From: Leucoraja erinacea
Lineage: Eukaryota
Direction of reading: 5' to 3'
Length of the DNA stretch: 64,000 nt
Assembly (NCBI RefSeq): GCF_028641065.1
Contig: NC_073378.1
Coordinates: 14,942,001-15,006,000 of the forward strand
A program made the position numbers and the translations under genes. Under the pieces are notes generated by a model. That model saw nothing but the letters and a program-made list of their open reading frames with translations. It had not been told where the DNA came from and did not search any database. Positions 12,560 to 25,734 of the stretch are shown piece by piece (position 1 is the first letter of the stretch; each line of letters begins with the position of its first letter).

Positions 12560-13686
12560 CCAATGGAGGCTGGTTTATGTGATGCATCCGTGCATACATT
12601 ACAACTCTGTAATTTCATGCAGTCTTGTGCTGAGCTGTTGCCAAACCAAGTTATGATGCAAGTTAATTAGTCATTGGAGACATGCCAAATATCCTTGGTC
12701 CTCTGAGGAAGTAGAAGCATTGGTGTGCTTTTCTGACCATAGTTTCTATAAGGTGAGTCCAGGACAAATTGTTGGTGGTATTTAGACCTAGGAACATGAA
12801 GTTCTCGACCATCTCCACTTTCGTACCATTGATGCTGTTAATATGCATCATGATCAGTCTCTCAAAGCACTTCATGTTCGCCACTATTTCCTGGTCACTA
12901 ACTAGCTCCAACGTCTTGAAGGTGTTGTCTTGACACCATGTGACCAAGCACTCGATTCATTGTTCGAGATCTGATACCATATCATAGTGCCATCAACAAA
13001 CTTGTAAATGGAGTTGGAGCAGAATTTGGCTGCAGAATCGTAAATATCAGTTCAGTTTTGTTTATTGTCACGTGTACCGAGGTACAATGAAAGGCTTTTG
13101 TTGTGTGCTAACCAGTAAGCAGAAAGACAATACATGATTACAATCGATCCATTTGCAGTATAAAGATACTTTGATAAGGGAATAACGTTTAGTGCAAGGT
13201 AATGCCAGCAAAGACCGATCAAAGATAGTCCGAGAGTCTCCAAAGAGGCAGGGCACTGCTGTTGATAATTATTATGGAGGAAATATCATTGATTGTCACT
13301 GATTGTGGACTGTGGGTCTGAAAGTTAAGGATTCAGTTACAGAGGGGTGCTTTTCCTAAATTCAGGAGTTTGGAAATGTGTTTGGCTGAGAACATGGTGT
13401 TGAATGCAGAGCTATGGTTGATAGGTAGGAATCTGACGCAGGAGTCCTTATTATCCAGAAGGTCCAGAAATTAGTGTACGGCCAGGGAGATGGCAGCTGC
13501 TTTGGATCTGTTGAAACAATAATCAAACCGCAGTGGACTAAGACTGTCTGGGTGGCTGGAGTTAATATGCACCATGACCAGCCTCTCAAAGTACTTTGTT
13601 ATGGTTGGTATCAGAGACACCGGATGTTTATCATTAAGGGATACTACCTTGCTTTACTTTGGCACCAGGATAAGAGTGGTCATCTT
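12560..13686 (-). mobile_element. Degenerate Rex1/Babar RT fragments interrupted by a short tail element (~13045-13250)
   Basis: VENFMFLGL..TNNLSWT..RKAHQCFYFLR in ORF 12663..12947. Confidence 0.7.
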
Positions 13687-13823
13687 AAACATAGAAACAT
13701 AGAAAATAGGTGCAGGAGTAGGCCGTTCGGCCCTTCGAGCCATTCAATACGATCATGGCTGATCATCCAACTCAGTATCCTGTACCTGCCTTCTCTCCAT
13801 ACCCCCTGATCCCTTTAGCCACA
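13687..13823 (-). mobile_element. CR1/HER1-like 3' tail fragment
   Basis: aaacatagaaacatagaaaataggtgcaggagtagg... Confidence 0.85.
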
Positions 13824-13828
13824 CAGGT

Positions 13829-14094
13829 AAAATGAAAATGAAATGAAATGATTCAATTTATTGTCATTGTCAGTGTACAGTACAGAGACGACGAAATGCA
13901 TTTTTAGCATCTCCCTTGAAAGGGAGACACAGGGCGTCGCGGTGTGCCCGCGCCTGCCGCCATTCCATTACAGGCAAAGGTGGGTGAAGTGTCTTGCCCA
14001 AGGACACAACGACAGTATGCACTCCAAGCGGGATTTGAACCGGCTACCTTCCGGTTGCCAGCCGAACTCTTAGCCCATTGTGCTATCTGTCGCC
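13829..14094 (-). mobile_element. tRNA-head SINE with Meta-like core and Rex1-type tail
   Basis: Minus strand: A-box-like tagcacaatgg, B-box ggttcaaatccc, core gttgtgtccttgggcaagacactt, tail tgacaataaa + (catttc/atttc)n. Confidence 0.7.
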
Positions 14095-16356
14095 TTAGCC
14101 TGTCGCCTGGGTGGGAACCTCCGGATGGCGTAGCGGGAGGTTAAAGATGTTTGTAAATACTCCTGCCAGTTGGTCTGTGCAGGCTCTGAACACATGGCCA
14201 GGGACTCCATCTGGGTCAGTTGCTTTATTGGTCTCTGACCGAGGACTTCATCACAGAATCTGGGTGGGAGCTAATGTCAAGCAATGCCTTGTCACTCAGG
14301 ATGCAATGGAACGATGGGACCCATAAACTATGTTGCTGAATACTTTGTCTACCTTTGCTGAATACTTGTCGACCAAATTTAACTTTTTACCTTGGTAGTA
14401 GTTTTGCCTCCAATGCAAAATATTGCTGGGTTGAGGACAAGAATCAGAAGCCAGAGTGTAAATTTAGACTGACAACTGCAATGAAATGCTGAAGTGTGGT
14501 GCCATCCTTTGGAAGAGATGTTAAATGGAGGCCTTATCTGATGTTTTGTTGAATGATTCCATAACGCTAACTTGAAGAGTTATGTTCTGCGTCTTAGCTA
14601 ATATTTATTTCTTACTAACCATTTCTAAAAACAGATGTGTGTTTGTGCAAACTGCTGCAATAAAATTGATTGCCATGTTCCTTGCATTTACAGCAGCAGC
14701 TACATCTCTGATTAGTAGTTATGATAAAGATTTAATTGGCTAGCCCACTATTCCCTTCAATTTAGAAGAATGACAGGCGATCTCATTAAAGGATGTGGTA
14801 TTTGCAGGGGATTAAATTGGATAGATGCAGAGAAGAATTGAGAGGGTCACGCAGTTTTCGTACAGGGAATGGACAGGAAATGTTTCGGGTTGAGACCTGA
14901 GCCAGTTTGAAAAAAAGTCCCAAACCAAAAAATAACCTGTCCATTCCCTCCACAGAAGCTGCCCGACCCGCTGAATTCCTCCAGCACATTATACTTTGCT
15001 CAAGATTTCAGCATCCGCAGTTTCTTGTGTCTCGCAGTTACAGAGAGGATGTTTCTTCAAAGGAAGGACTCATTATGTAAAAAGAAATGGTAGTTATATG
15101 AGATTGAAAAATAGGGACATTTCTTCTGTGGAATTCTGCTTGCCAGAGAGCCAGGCTTGGTCATTGATTGCATTTAGAGTCAAGATCGATGCATTCAAGT
15201 TCAAATTCAAGTGAGTTTATTGTCATGTGTCCCTGTATAGGACAATGAAATTCTTGCTTTGCTTAAGCACACAGAAAATAGTAGGCATTTACTACAAAAC
15301 AGGTAAATGTGTCCATATATTTTATTTTAGCAGATTATTGCACCATTTTATCAAGGCTCAACTACTTCAGCTGTTTCACCTGTGTCCTTCACCATACTAA
15401 AGCAGTGAATGATTGTGCTGCTACTTTTGCAATTCCTGAGAAAGTAAAGCAGTCTGCTGTATCCTTGCAATCTTCAGGCAATTAACCATCTCAAACATGG
15501 TGTGCCCACCTGTACTTGATATTCAGTGGTGCCCATTGTTAAATTCCCCCACCATTAACATGTTGTGAGTCGCCATTAACCTAACATTTGAATGGACAAA
15601 CCTAATACTGTCTCTCTTGGAACAGGGCAGAGACTGGGAGTTGTAACCTGACTCCTAAATCTTTCATGCTATGTACAAGTTTTCAAGGAGCATGATGAAA
15701 CATTCCACACCAACTGGATTAACACTGCTCCAATAATCATGAGGAATCTCAATATCATCCAGAACAAAAGTGCCCATTTGTCCTGCACCCTATCCACCAC
15801 CCATGACGTTCACTTACTCCACCACCAGTATACGTGATTGCGCTATGAATCATTGATGACACACTTCAGTATACCCCAATCACGAACTCTCACCTAAAAG
15901 TCAGGGGTCAAGAGTGTTTGTCACAACGGAACAATGGAATTCTTACTTGCAACAGTAGCAAGCGCATAGATGCATTGCAGATAAATGTGATTATCAAAAT
16001 TAAATAAATTAATAACCATAACACTAATGCAAAAAAAAAAAAACAGACTAAGAAAAAGGCAAAAAAAATGAGAAAGGAAAAAGATCATCTTGACTTTGAA
16101 GCATGTTATTTCATTATTAATTGGTCCGCATTCTGGAACTGAAGCAAATGGCACTATGCATATTCACACAAACCACAGTTGGTATTAATTAGAATGCCAT
16201 ATTGGATCAGAATTTATTGCCTGATAAATAAACATATTTATTTATCATAAGTAACATCCTCAACTTGTGATTTAAATGCACTCGTATTCCTTTTGAAATG
16301 TAGGATCTGCCAGAGAAGAAATGGGAACTGCTTGGGTTCCGATATTAATAGAAGCA

Positions 16357-16650
16357 GGGTGGCAAGGTGAAACAGCAGTATAGCCGCTGCCTTACAGTGC
16401 TTACAACACCAGAGACCAGGGTTTGATCCCGTACGGATGTTTGTACGTTCTCCTGTGACTGCGTGGGTTTCCCCGAGATCTCCGGTTTCCTCCCACATCC
16501 CAAAGACGTATAAGTGTTTGTAGGTTAATTGGCTTGGTATACATGTAAACATTATCCCTAGTGTGTGTAGGATAGTGTTAATGTGCGGGGATTGCTGGTC
16601 GGTGTGGGCTGAAGGGCCCGTTTCCATGTGGTATCTCTAAACTAAACTAA
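16357..16650 (+). mobile_element. HE1/V-SINE-like tRNA SINE
   Basis: ggtttgatccc B-box; V-domain-like gtttgtacgttctcc..gtgggtttccc..ctccggtttcctcccacatcccaaagac; (ctaaa)n tail. Confidence 0.8.
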
Positions 16651-17557
16651 AACATAGCACAAAGGAAAGATGCAAGTCGTGGAGAAGAGGGCAATTTCAT
16701 GTTCCTGTTATGAAATGCCATTTCCTGGTATGAACAGCATGGGGAGGTAGAGCTCTCACTCTGTCATACACACTATGTTATGACCCTAAATTGAGGAGGG
16801 CACCTCTGTTTGGTAAATTTTTCCATTTCCCACATTGGCCATCCAAATTGGGACTGTCAATCAAAGCTATGTTTTGTCGTGTTGTTGCCAGGAATTTTAA
16901 GATTTCAGCTGTAGCAGGCAATTTAGACTGGTCTTGTTTTTTTGGGCTGTATCATGCAGTCAGTTGGGAAGTAAGACTTTTTAAACAACATTTGTGGAAA
17001 ATTCTTCAAACTTGGCCTATAGTTACATATTAACTTAGTGGCCAGCATCAGGAAGTTGAAGTATAGAGGACAGTGGTTCACTGGAATGCACCGAGAAGAA
17101 CTAGTGTGGATGGTTTCATTTGAAAACATATCAAGTGCTTTTAGATGTGTGTAATGAAGTAATTTCCATTAAAATTGATGAAAAACTCTTCCTAACGGGA
17201 CTGCCAATTTTTGCTTTTGTTCATATCTGTCTCTTAAAATGTTAAGTTTATAGTAATCTGTTGCAAAAGCACTATGTGTTGGCGGAAGCATTGACAAGTC
17301 CTCTGCCTCCATTAGTCCTCTGCCTCCACTTGACCCGCTGAGTTCCTCCAGCTGTTTGTTTTTTTTTACACTTTGTGAAAAACCTATTTTGATCGTTATG
17401 TGATAATGCATGAAAATGACCTCTAGTTCTCAAAGCAGGTGGCTTTTTAAGCAATTTATAGCATTTTAGTTTTGTATTGAATAGGTTGTTTGTATTTTGA
17501 TTTTAATTTAAAAAACATGATATATTGTTCCCACTGTGTAAAGGCATTTTAGATTCT

Positions 17558-18386
17558 GATTAGATTAGATTAGATTAGATTCCTTTATTGTCATTCAGAC
17601 CTTTCGGTCTGAACAAAATTTTGTGCCTGCAGTCATACATATAATAATAAATAACAAAACACACAATAAACACAAATTAACATCAACCACAGTGAGTTCA
17701 GCAGGCACCTCCACATTGTAATGGAGGCAAAAGTCTTAAAGTCTCTTCCCTCCTTGTTCTCCCTCTGCGCTGAGGCGATCCAGGCTTCCGTTGTTGTGAC
17801 CCCGCCGGATGATGGTAAGTAAGTCCCGCGGCTCAACCGTGCTCCGCGAACGGGCCGGTTCAAGCTCCGTGGCCCGGGGTGGTCGAAGATGCCGCCCTCC
17901 AGTCCAGCGGACGCAGCTGTAGTTGCGGGAGCTCCGGAAAAACAGGTCACCAACCTGTGACCTGTGAGCCCCCGACGATGTTGTCCATTGGGCCCGCGGC
18001 CGAGCCACGAATTCAGGTTGCCGCCGGGCCACCGCCACCAGAACTGGGGCACCGCCACCGCCACCGCCGCCATAACCCGCCAGCCTCGCGTTGGTAAGTC
18101 CTGGCTGGCTTTGCCTCTGGAGCCTCGAGGTCGGTCGCAGTTGGAGGCCGCCAGCTCCGCCATTAGGCCTCAGCGCAGACGAAGGCAGAGAAGGGGGATA
18201 CGACAAGAAAAAGTCACATTCCCCCGAAGGAAGAGACAAAAAACATGTTTCACTGCCCCCCCCAACACACATACCCAACCTAATAAACTAAAATTTAACT
18301 AAAAAAGGCCAAAAAAAAAAAACCCAATAAAAAAGTAAAAACAGACGGACTGCGGGCGAGCCGCAGCTGTCAACAGCGCCACCACC
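17558..18386 (-). mobile_element. ~830-nt GC/CpG-rich non-coding retroelement with Rex1-type 3' end
   Basis: Minus strand: ggcgctg..gcggctcgcccgcagtccgtctgt head, U-rich tract, GC-rich body, hairpin + tgacaataaa + (aatct)n tail. Confidence 0.7.
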
Positions 18387-20287
18387 ATGTGGCTTTGGGA
18401 TTGGGTTTCTTAGTTAAACATTTAGCTTGTGTGTTTGGTAACATGTAGATAGCTTATTACTGAATATGAAGTTAGTATTGTCCTTTAGCAGAAGTATGAA
18501 TAGGTAATTTAGATACCACTTTGACATTGGCCGTGGTTTTGTTGGTTGAGAGGATACCCTGGTGTAATAACACTTACTTTGTGTTTTAACAGTAATTAAA
18601 TGCATTGACAATACGATTGCGCAGTGTTAAAAGTGTGCACCAGAGTGAGGTTTAATGAGAGGATTTTTTAAATAATTAGTCCCTGATTTCTGTGATATAA
18701 CTTTCAGACATTTCTGCATGACATTTGTATTAAAATGTCCATTAAATAGTAAAATGTTTAAAATAATCTTCTGCAAATATAGTCTTTATTATGGCAAATG
18801 ATAATATTTGCCTAAACTCATACTGTGAGTCACATTATGTACCATGTATCAAAACATAAGACTTGGTTTGTGTTTCTGTTTCTGCACAGCAGGTGAAAAG
18901 GTGATTCACTTTCCATCAAACATGCCTACAAAATTTATGAATTGTGCATTTGTGTTATGGAAATGCCTGGAATGCATTAACATTGACAGTGTTGTGTATG
19001 GTCTATGAATCCTGCCAATATTTGCATCAAATTTTGCTCCTAACAGAACAAAATTGGCAGAGTTACATTTTAGTAGAATGCATAGTAGCTTGGAATCAGT
19101 AAACATCTAAAAAACATGTCAACTTTATTTTGTCTAAAATGCATCTGAAAAATTGGCGTCTCCTCCAAACAGTGCTGCTGTCTGTTGTTATTTTACCACT
19201 CGTTTATCATTCAAGATTTGCAGAAAATGTGGAAATGATTGCTACAATATATTGTCCACTAACTAATCATTCCAAATGTAAAGGAATGTTGTGTGAATGT
19301 GAATTCACAATATTGAACACACAACCGACCATTGTCCACCAAACGTTTCAACGAGAAGTAGCAGTACTCTAAATAAAACAACTTCCGATGCCATTCAACA
19401 TAGATTGCCAAATTCAACATTTCAGTCGAAACATTTTTTGTTGCCTCTCAAATGCCTTATAAATAAATAGATTCAAGGCCCTAGGTGTAGAAGGAAATTT
19501 CATTGGGCAAAGTGGATTTTTATATTTATTTTTTGTGTATGTTAAATATTTTTTCATTTTCCCAGTGTCCACATTTTTGTTAAGGATCAAAGAAAGACCT
19601 ACATTAAATAGAAACTTGGAGAGTTCCCAGGCTTATATTAAGTGTTTTACAGCCTTTGCAGTACCTGTGAAACAAAATCACTGTTGTGAATGGGGAGGGA
19701 AAATTGTATTAAGTAGCAACTTTCACGGCCTTTCTGCCTCCCAAAGCACTTCACAGGTGTTCGAATGTGTTGTGAAAAAGACAAGCATTTTTCCCATAAC
19801 CTAGTCCTAGGAACAGCACTGATTAACACTGAATACAACAGATTTATAGTTTTGAGGTTAAAGGTTGGCTGGAAGAATTTTACTTGCTGTTATTTCCCTC
19901 AACCTGTGGGTGTTTTATGTCCTGGAATAGACATAAAGAAACTATGTTTTATTTCTTGAAACTAATCTGAACTGCCAATCAACCCTTCCTCATCTGTATC
20001 CATCTATTGGTTGCTAGCCCTTGCCCCCGCACTCTCCCTCATGGGTGATACAGGGCCAGTGACTTGGGTTCAGTCCTGATCTTGGGTGCTGTCTGTGCGG
20101 AGTTTGCACGTCCTCTCTGTGACCGTGTGTGTTTTCTCCAGATGCTCCAATTTTGAAGAGTCAAGAGTGTTTAATCGTCGTATGTACGGAAAACAGAACA
20201 AATAAATTCTTCCTTGCAACAGCATGACAGGCCTGTAACACAATACACATAGATAATATATAATTTTAAAATATGCAATAAATTATT

Positions 20288-23200
20288 AACATAGAAACAT
20301 AGAAAATAGGTGCAGGAGGAGGCCATTCGGCCCTCGAGCCAGCACCGCCATTCATTGTGATCTTGGCTGATCGTCCCCAATCAATAACCCGTGCCTGCCT
20401 TCTCCCCATCTTCCTTGATTCCACTAGCCCCTAGAGCTCTATCTAACTCGCTCTTAAATCCATCCAGTGATGTGGCAGGGAATTCAACAAGTTCACAACT
20501 CTCTGGGAGAAAAAGTTTTTTCTCACCTCAGTCTTAAATGGCCTCCCCTTTATTCTAAGACTGTGGCCCCTGGTTTTGGACTCGCCCAACATTGGGAACA
20601 TTTATCCTGCATCTAGCTTGTCCAGTCCTTTTATAATTTTATATGTTTCTATAAGATCACCCCTCATCCTTCTAAACTCCAGTGAATACAAGCCTAGTCT
20701 TTTCAATCTTTCCTCATATGACAGTCCTGCCATCCCAGGGATTAATCTCGTGAACCTACGCTGCAAAAATAAAAACTAACTCAAGACATACATTTAACAA
20801 GACAAAAATAAAAAAAGACAGACGACTGTAGTCGAGCCGCTGCCGTTAGGCGCCGCCACTAACAAGGATGTCCTTCCTCAAATTAGGAGACCAAAACTGT
20901 ACGCAATACTCCAGATGTGGTCTCACCAGAGCCCTATACAACTGCAGAAGAACCTCTCTACTCCTATACTGAAATCCTCTTGCTATGAAGGCCAACATTC
21001 CGTTAGCTTTCTTCACTGCCTGCTGTACCTGCACGCCAACTTTCAGTGACCGATGTACAAGGACACCCGGATCTCGCTGCACCTCCCCCTTACCTAACCT
21101 AACCCCATTGAGATAATAATCTGCCCCCTTGTTTTTGCCACCAAAGTGGATAACCTCACATTTGTGTTTTATCTCATATTTATCTATATTATACTCCATC
21201 TGCCACGCATCTGCCCACTCACTCAACCTGTCCAGGTCACCCTGCAACCTCCTAACATCCTCTTCATAGTTCACACTGCCACCCAGCTTTGTGTCATCCG
21301 CAAAGTTGCTAGTGTTGCTCCTAATTCCCTCTTCCAAATCATTAATATATATGGTAAACAGTTGCGGCCCCAACACCGAGCCTTGCGGCACTCCACTCGC
21401 CACTGCCTGCCATTCTGAAAAGGGCCCGTTCACTCCTACTCTTAGCTTCCTGACTGCCAACCAATTTTCTATCCATGTCAACTCCCTACCCCCAATACCA
21501 TGTGCTCTAATTTTAGTCACCAGTCTCCCGTGCGGAACCTTATCAAAGGCTTTCTGAAAGTCGATATACACTACATCCACTGGCACCCCTTCATCCATTT
21601 TACTTGTCACATACTCAAAAAATTCCAGAAGATTAGTCAAGCATGATTTCCCTTTCATAAATCCATGTTGACTTGGACTAATCCTTTTACTGCTATCCAA
21701 ATACCCCATTATTACCTCTTTAATAATTGACTCCCCAGCATCTTTCCCACCACCGGTCAGGCTAACTGGTCTGTAATTCCCCGTTTTCTCTCTCGCTCCT
21801 TTCTTGAAAAGTGGGATAGCTATCCTCCAATCCACAGGAACTGATCCTGAATCTATTGAACATTGTTATATGATCACCAATGCGTCCTTTATTTCTAGAG
21901 CCACCTCCCTGAGGACTCTGGGATGCAGTCCATCAGGCCCCGGGGATTTATCATCCTTCAGTCCCATTAGCCTACCCAATATAATGTCTCGCCTAATGAA
22001 ATTTTATTTCAGTTCCTCGACCCACTTAGATCCTCTGTCCTCCAGTACATCTGGGAGATTGTTAGTGTCTTCCTTAGTGAAGACAGATCCAAAGTACATG
22101 TTCAGCTCTTCTGCCATTTCCTTGTTCCCCATAATAATTTCACACAGGTCTGCCTTCAAGGGACCCACATTTGACTTTGCTACTCTTTTTCCCTTAACAT
22201 ATCTAAAGAAGCTTTTACTGTCCTTCTTTATATTCCTGGCCAGCTTCCCCTCGTACTTCATCTTTTCAGCCCATATTGCCCGTTTTGTTTCCTTCTGTTG
22301 TCCTATGAAAGTTTCCCAATCCTCTGGCTTACGGCTACTCTTTGCTGTGTTATACATTTTTCTTTTTGTTTTATTCTATCCCTAACTTCTCTTGTCAGCC
22401 ACAGTTGCCTCATACTCCCCTTAGAATCTTTCTTCCTTTTTGGAATGAAATGATCCTGTGTCTTCCGGATTACGCCCAGAAATTCCTGCCATTGCTGTTC
22501 CACCTTCATTCCTGCTAGTATTGCTTTCCAGTCTAGCTTGGCCAGCTCCTCTCTCATGCCTTCATAGTCCTGTTTGTTCAACTGCATCACTGCCACTTCC
22601 GATTTAACCTTCTCCTTCTCAAATTGCAGATTAAAACAAATCATATTATGATCACTACCTCCAAGCGGTTCCTTTACCTCGAGTTCTCTTATCAAATTTG
22701 GTTCATTGGACAACACTAAATCCAGAATTGCCTTTTCTCTGGTCGGCTCCATTACAAGCTGCTCGAAGAATCCATCCCAGAGGCATTCTACAAACTCTCT
22801 TTCTTGGGGTCCTGAACCAAGAAAGAGAGTTTCTTGATTTTCCCAGTCCACCTGCATATTGAAATCCCCCATCACCACAGTGGCATTACCTTTGTTACAT
22901 GCCAGTTTTAACTCCTGCTGCAACTTACATCCTACATCCGGGCTACTATTTGGGGGTCTGTAGATAACACCAATTAATGTCTTCTTGCCTTTGTAATTCC
23001 TCAACTCAATCCACAGTGACTCTACCTCATCAGTCCCTATGTCTTCCCTCGGAAGGGACTGATTTCCATCCCTCACCAGCAGAGCTACCCCCCCTCCTCT
23101 GCCCACCTGCCTGTCCTTTCTATAGGTTGTATAACCCTGAATATTAAGTTCCCAGACCCGATCCTCCTGCAAGCGCGTCTCGGTAACCCCCACAGTGTCA

Positions 23201-23700
23201 TATCTACCAACCTCTATCTGAGCCTCAAGCTCATTTACTTTACTTCTTACACTTTGCGCATTCAAATACAGTATTTTTAATTCCTTACGCATCTCACCAT
23301 TCACATCGATCCCTACTACATTTGGCCATACTCTCCTATCCCTTTGTGAGCTTTCTTTCCCGTTAATTCTGGGGTCATTAACTAACCCTTTACTCCCTTT
23401 CCCTTTAATTTTGTCCTTGACTATCCCATTTGACACCCCCCCTTATTTAGTTTAAAATCACCTGTGTCGCATTGGCAAGCATGCCTACCAGAATGCCGGT
23501 TCCCCCACTTGTTGAGGTGCAATCCGTCCCTTTTGTACAGTTCCCCCTTACTCCAAAACAGATCCCAGTGATCTAAGAATCTAAATCCCTGCCGCCTGCA
23601 CCGGTTACCCAGCCACACATTCAGGCCCTGTTCCTGCTCTTTGCCAGCATGAGGAACTGGAAGCAAACCGGAGATAACCATCCTGGAGGTCCTTCCATTG
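20288..23700 (-). mobile_element. Near full-length decayed CR1-clade LINE (ORF1 SGNH esterase remnant, APE endonuclease, RT)
   Basis: DGLHLN (ORF 23421), LYLNAQS..GVTET..YRPPN..GDFN..SDH (ORF 22303), NYRPVSLT..GVPQGSVLGP..FADD (ORF 20846); frameshifted. Confidence 0.95.
20765..20860 (-). mobile_element. 5' head fragment of the GC-rich Rex1-tailed family inserted in CR1 RT
   Basis: Minus strand ggcggcgcctaacggcagcggctcgactacagtc.gtctgtc + U tract; CR1 sequence resumes on both sides. Confidence 0.65.
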
Positions 23701-24379
23701 GTTTCATTAACTCCTATACTAGTGCAAGAAAATACCCCAAGTCCTTTGTGCAACCAAAGACAATAGATAGTTCATAGGTAAGTGGAATGTAGTGTTTGAT
23801 AGGGCAGTGCCTGCCACTCTTTGTATTCTCCTTCATTCCTGGGCATTCAAGTTGCTGCACCAGGCCTTGATGCAACCAGTCCCACATCCCCAACTAAGTG
23901 TGGGTTAGTACTGAACTAAATCTGTTATACTGGCCATCTCTCCTCTGTCCTTTCAGGCCCAATGAAGGGTCTCAACCCGAAACATCAACTGTAGAGATAC
24001 AGCAGGATTGGCTGAGTTCTGCAGCAGCTGTTCTTGAGCAAAGGACAAAGTGCTGGATAACTCAGCTGCGATAACTTCTGCAGTCTGAAGAAGGGTCCCA
24101 ACCCAACACATTTCTGATCCATTTCATACCCAGATGCTGCTTGCACAGTTACTCCATCGTAATGTATTTTGCTCCAGAATCCTGAATCGGCAGTTCTTTT
24201 CGACTACAGCAGCTGTTCCCTGCATGGATTCCAGCATATTCACAAGTCATTGCTTTCCCAAGCAATTATTAAATAAGCAGGATGGAAAATGCATTGGGGG
24301 GAGATGATTGGCATGTGGGAGCATAAAAATGGGTGAGGATATGATTAGTTCAAACTGATGCTTGATGATCAATGGGCAT

Positions 24380-25215
24380 GCTTTACCTCATAACTCTACT
24401 ACTGAAATCCTCTCATTCTTGTCAACTGGGATGCTTATTTTCTTCTTGTAAGACAAACCCATGTCCTTCCCAGGAATCAGTCGGGTGAACTTTGACTGCA
24501 TGCTTTTTCCAGAAGTGTATCCATCCCTAAGTAAGGAACCCAGACTTGTATTCTGTATTCCAGATGCAGTCTCACCAGGGCTCCATTCAATTGGAGCAAG
24601 ATGTTTCTACCATTGGACATCATTTCTCATGCTCTGTACTGTACCCTTTTCCATCCTAATCACTTGCTGATTCTGCATATTACCTGTCAGTGATTCATGT
24701 ACAAGGACCCTTTCTCCTTCTAAACATCAAAACCCTTTGGTCTTTCGTCACAAATATATATCCTACCATAAAAATATATCTTTGTATTTTTTTTAAACTG
24801 AAGTAGGTTACAGGTGATATTTATTCACATTAAATGCATCATGTGTTTAACCATTCACATAACTTGGCTATATTCCCAGAGCCTCTCTGTATCCATATCA
24901 CAGCTAACATTGCCACCCAGCTTTGTATCATCAGCTGACTTTAATGTATTGCACTTGCTCCTCATCTAAGTCATTGATATAGATTATATCAGTTGTGATT
25001 CTTGCACCCATTTCTGCAGCAATATCCCACTGAATACAGCTTCCATGTAAATGATTCATTTATTCCTACCTTCTGTCCCTCTCTCATATTGCATAATTTA
25101 TAATGATGCATGAGCAGTCCATTTGGCCCATCAAAGCTGTCTCAATCCATGCTTTATTGTTGTACAATAATCTCTTGTGCAGTTCCTCACTGTAGTCCTT
25201 CTGAAAGTCCAAATA
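24380..25215 (-). mobile_element. Old degenerate CR1-like RT fragments
   Basis: cccagctttgtatcatcagc and ttctgaaagtccaaatac match CR1 RT complement. Confidence 0.6.
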
Positions 25216-25734
25216 CATTGCATTAGCCCATTTATCCTTGACTCATTCTTTTCAGAGAGTCCCTTGAAATCGAGGATAAAGTAATAGACATACAGGATGG
25301 AAACAGGCCTTGCATCCCAACTTACCCGTCCAAGTTAGTTCTATCCAAACCAGGCGTAAGCTAGTCCAAGAGATGATTTATATTCAGCTTCTGTTGTTTC
25401 TGAGGTCATGTTAAGAAGTCTGCATAGAGAGGGTAGGAAATGGCCCAGATATTGGAATTTATGAAGTGGTGTACTTCTTCTGAGGCCTTTGCATGGTTTC
25501 AATGCAGTGCCTCAATGTTGTCAATACCGTACTTATTGCTTCTCCCCCTGTGTTTTTATGGGCCAAAGATTCCCAGCAGTCTTCAAAGAGGCTTTGAATC
25601 TTTTCCTCTACCTGTCTGGTAAACATGATAGATTTGGAATATGTTAGACCAGATAATGTTTCTCTCTTATCTCTCCAAGGTTGACAATTAGAGGGGCAAT
25701 ACGCTACCCTCTAGTATGTGAAAACTGTAGCATT

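Noticed and set aside
14020-14094. tRNA gene
   Set aside because: A/B boxes are present but continue into a SINE core and LINE tail; no complete cloverleaf evident.
17633-18302. Overlapping 110-180-aa ORFs on both strands (likewise at 60249-60765)
   Set aside because: Expected from high GC content; no recognisable domain; lies in a repeat with a retro-tail.
20846-21835. RT ORFs as a prokaryotic retron, DGR or defence system
   Set aside because: Context is a spliceosomal intron, and the motifs are CR1, Rex1 and L1 non-LTR retrotransposon types with frameshifts.
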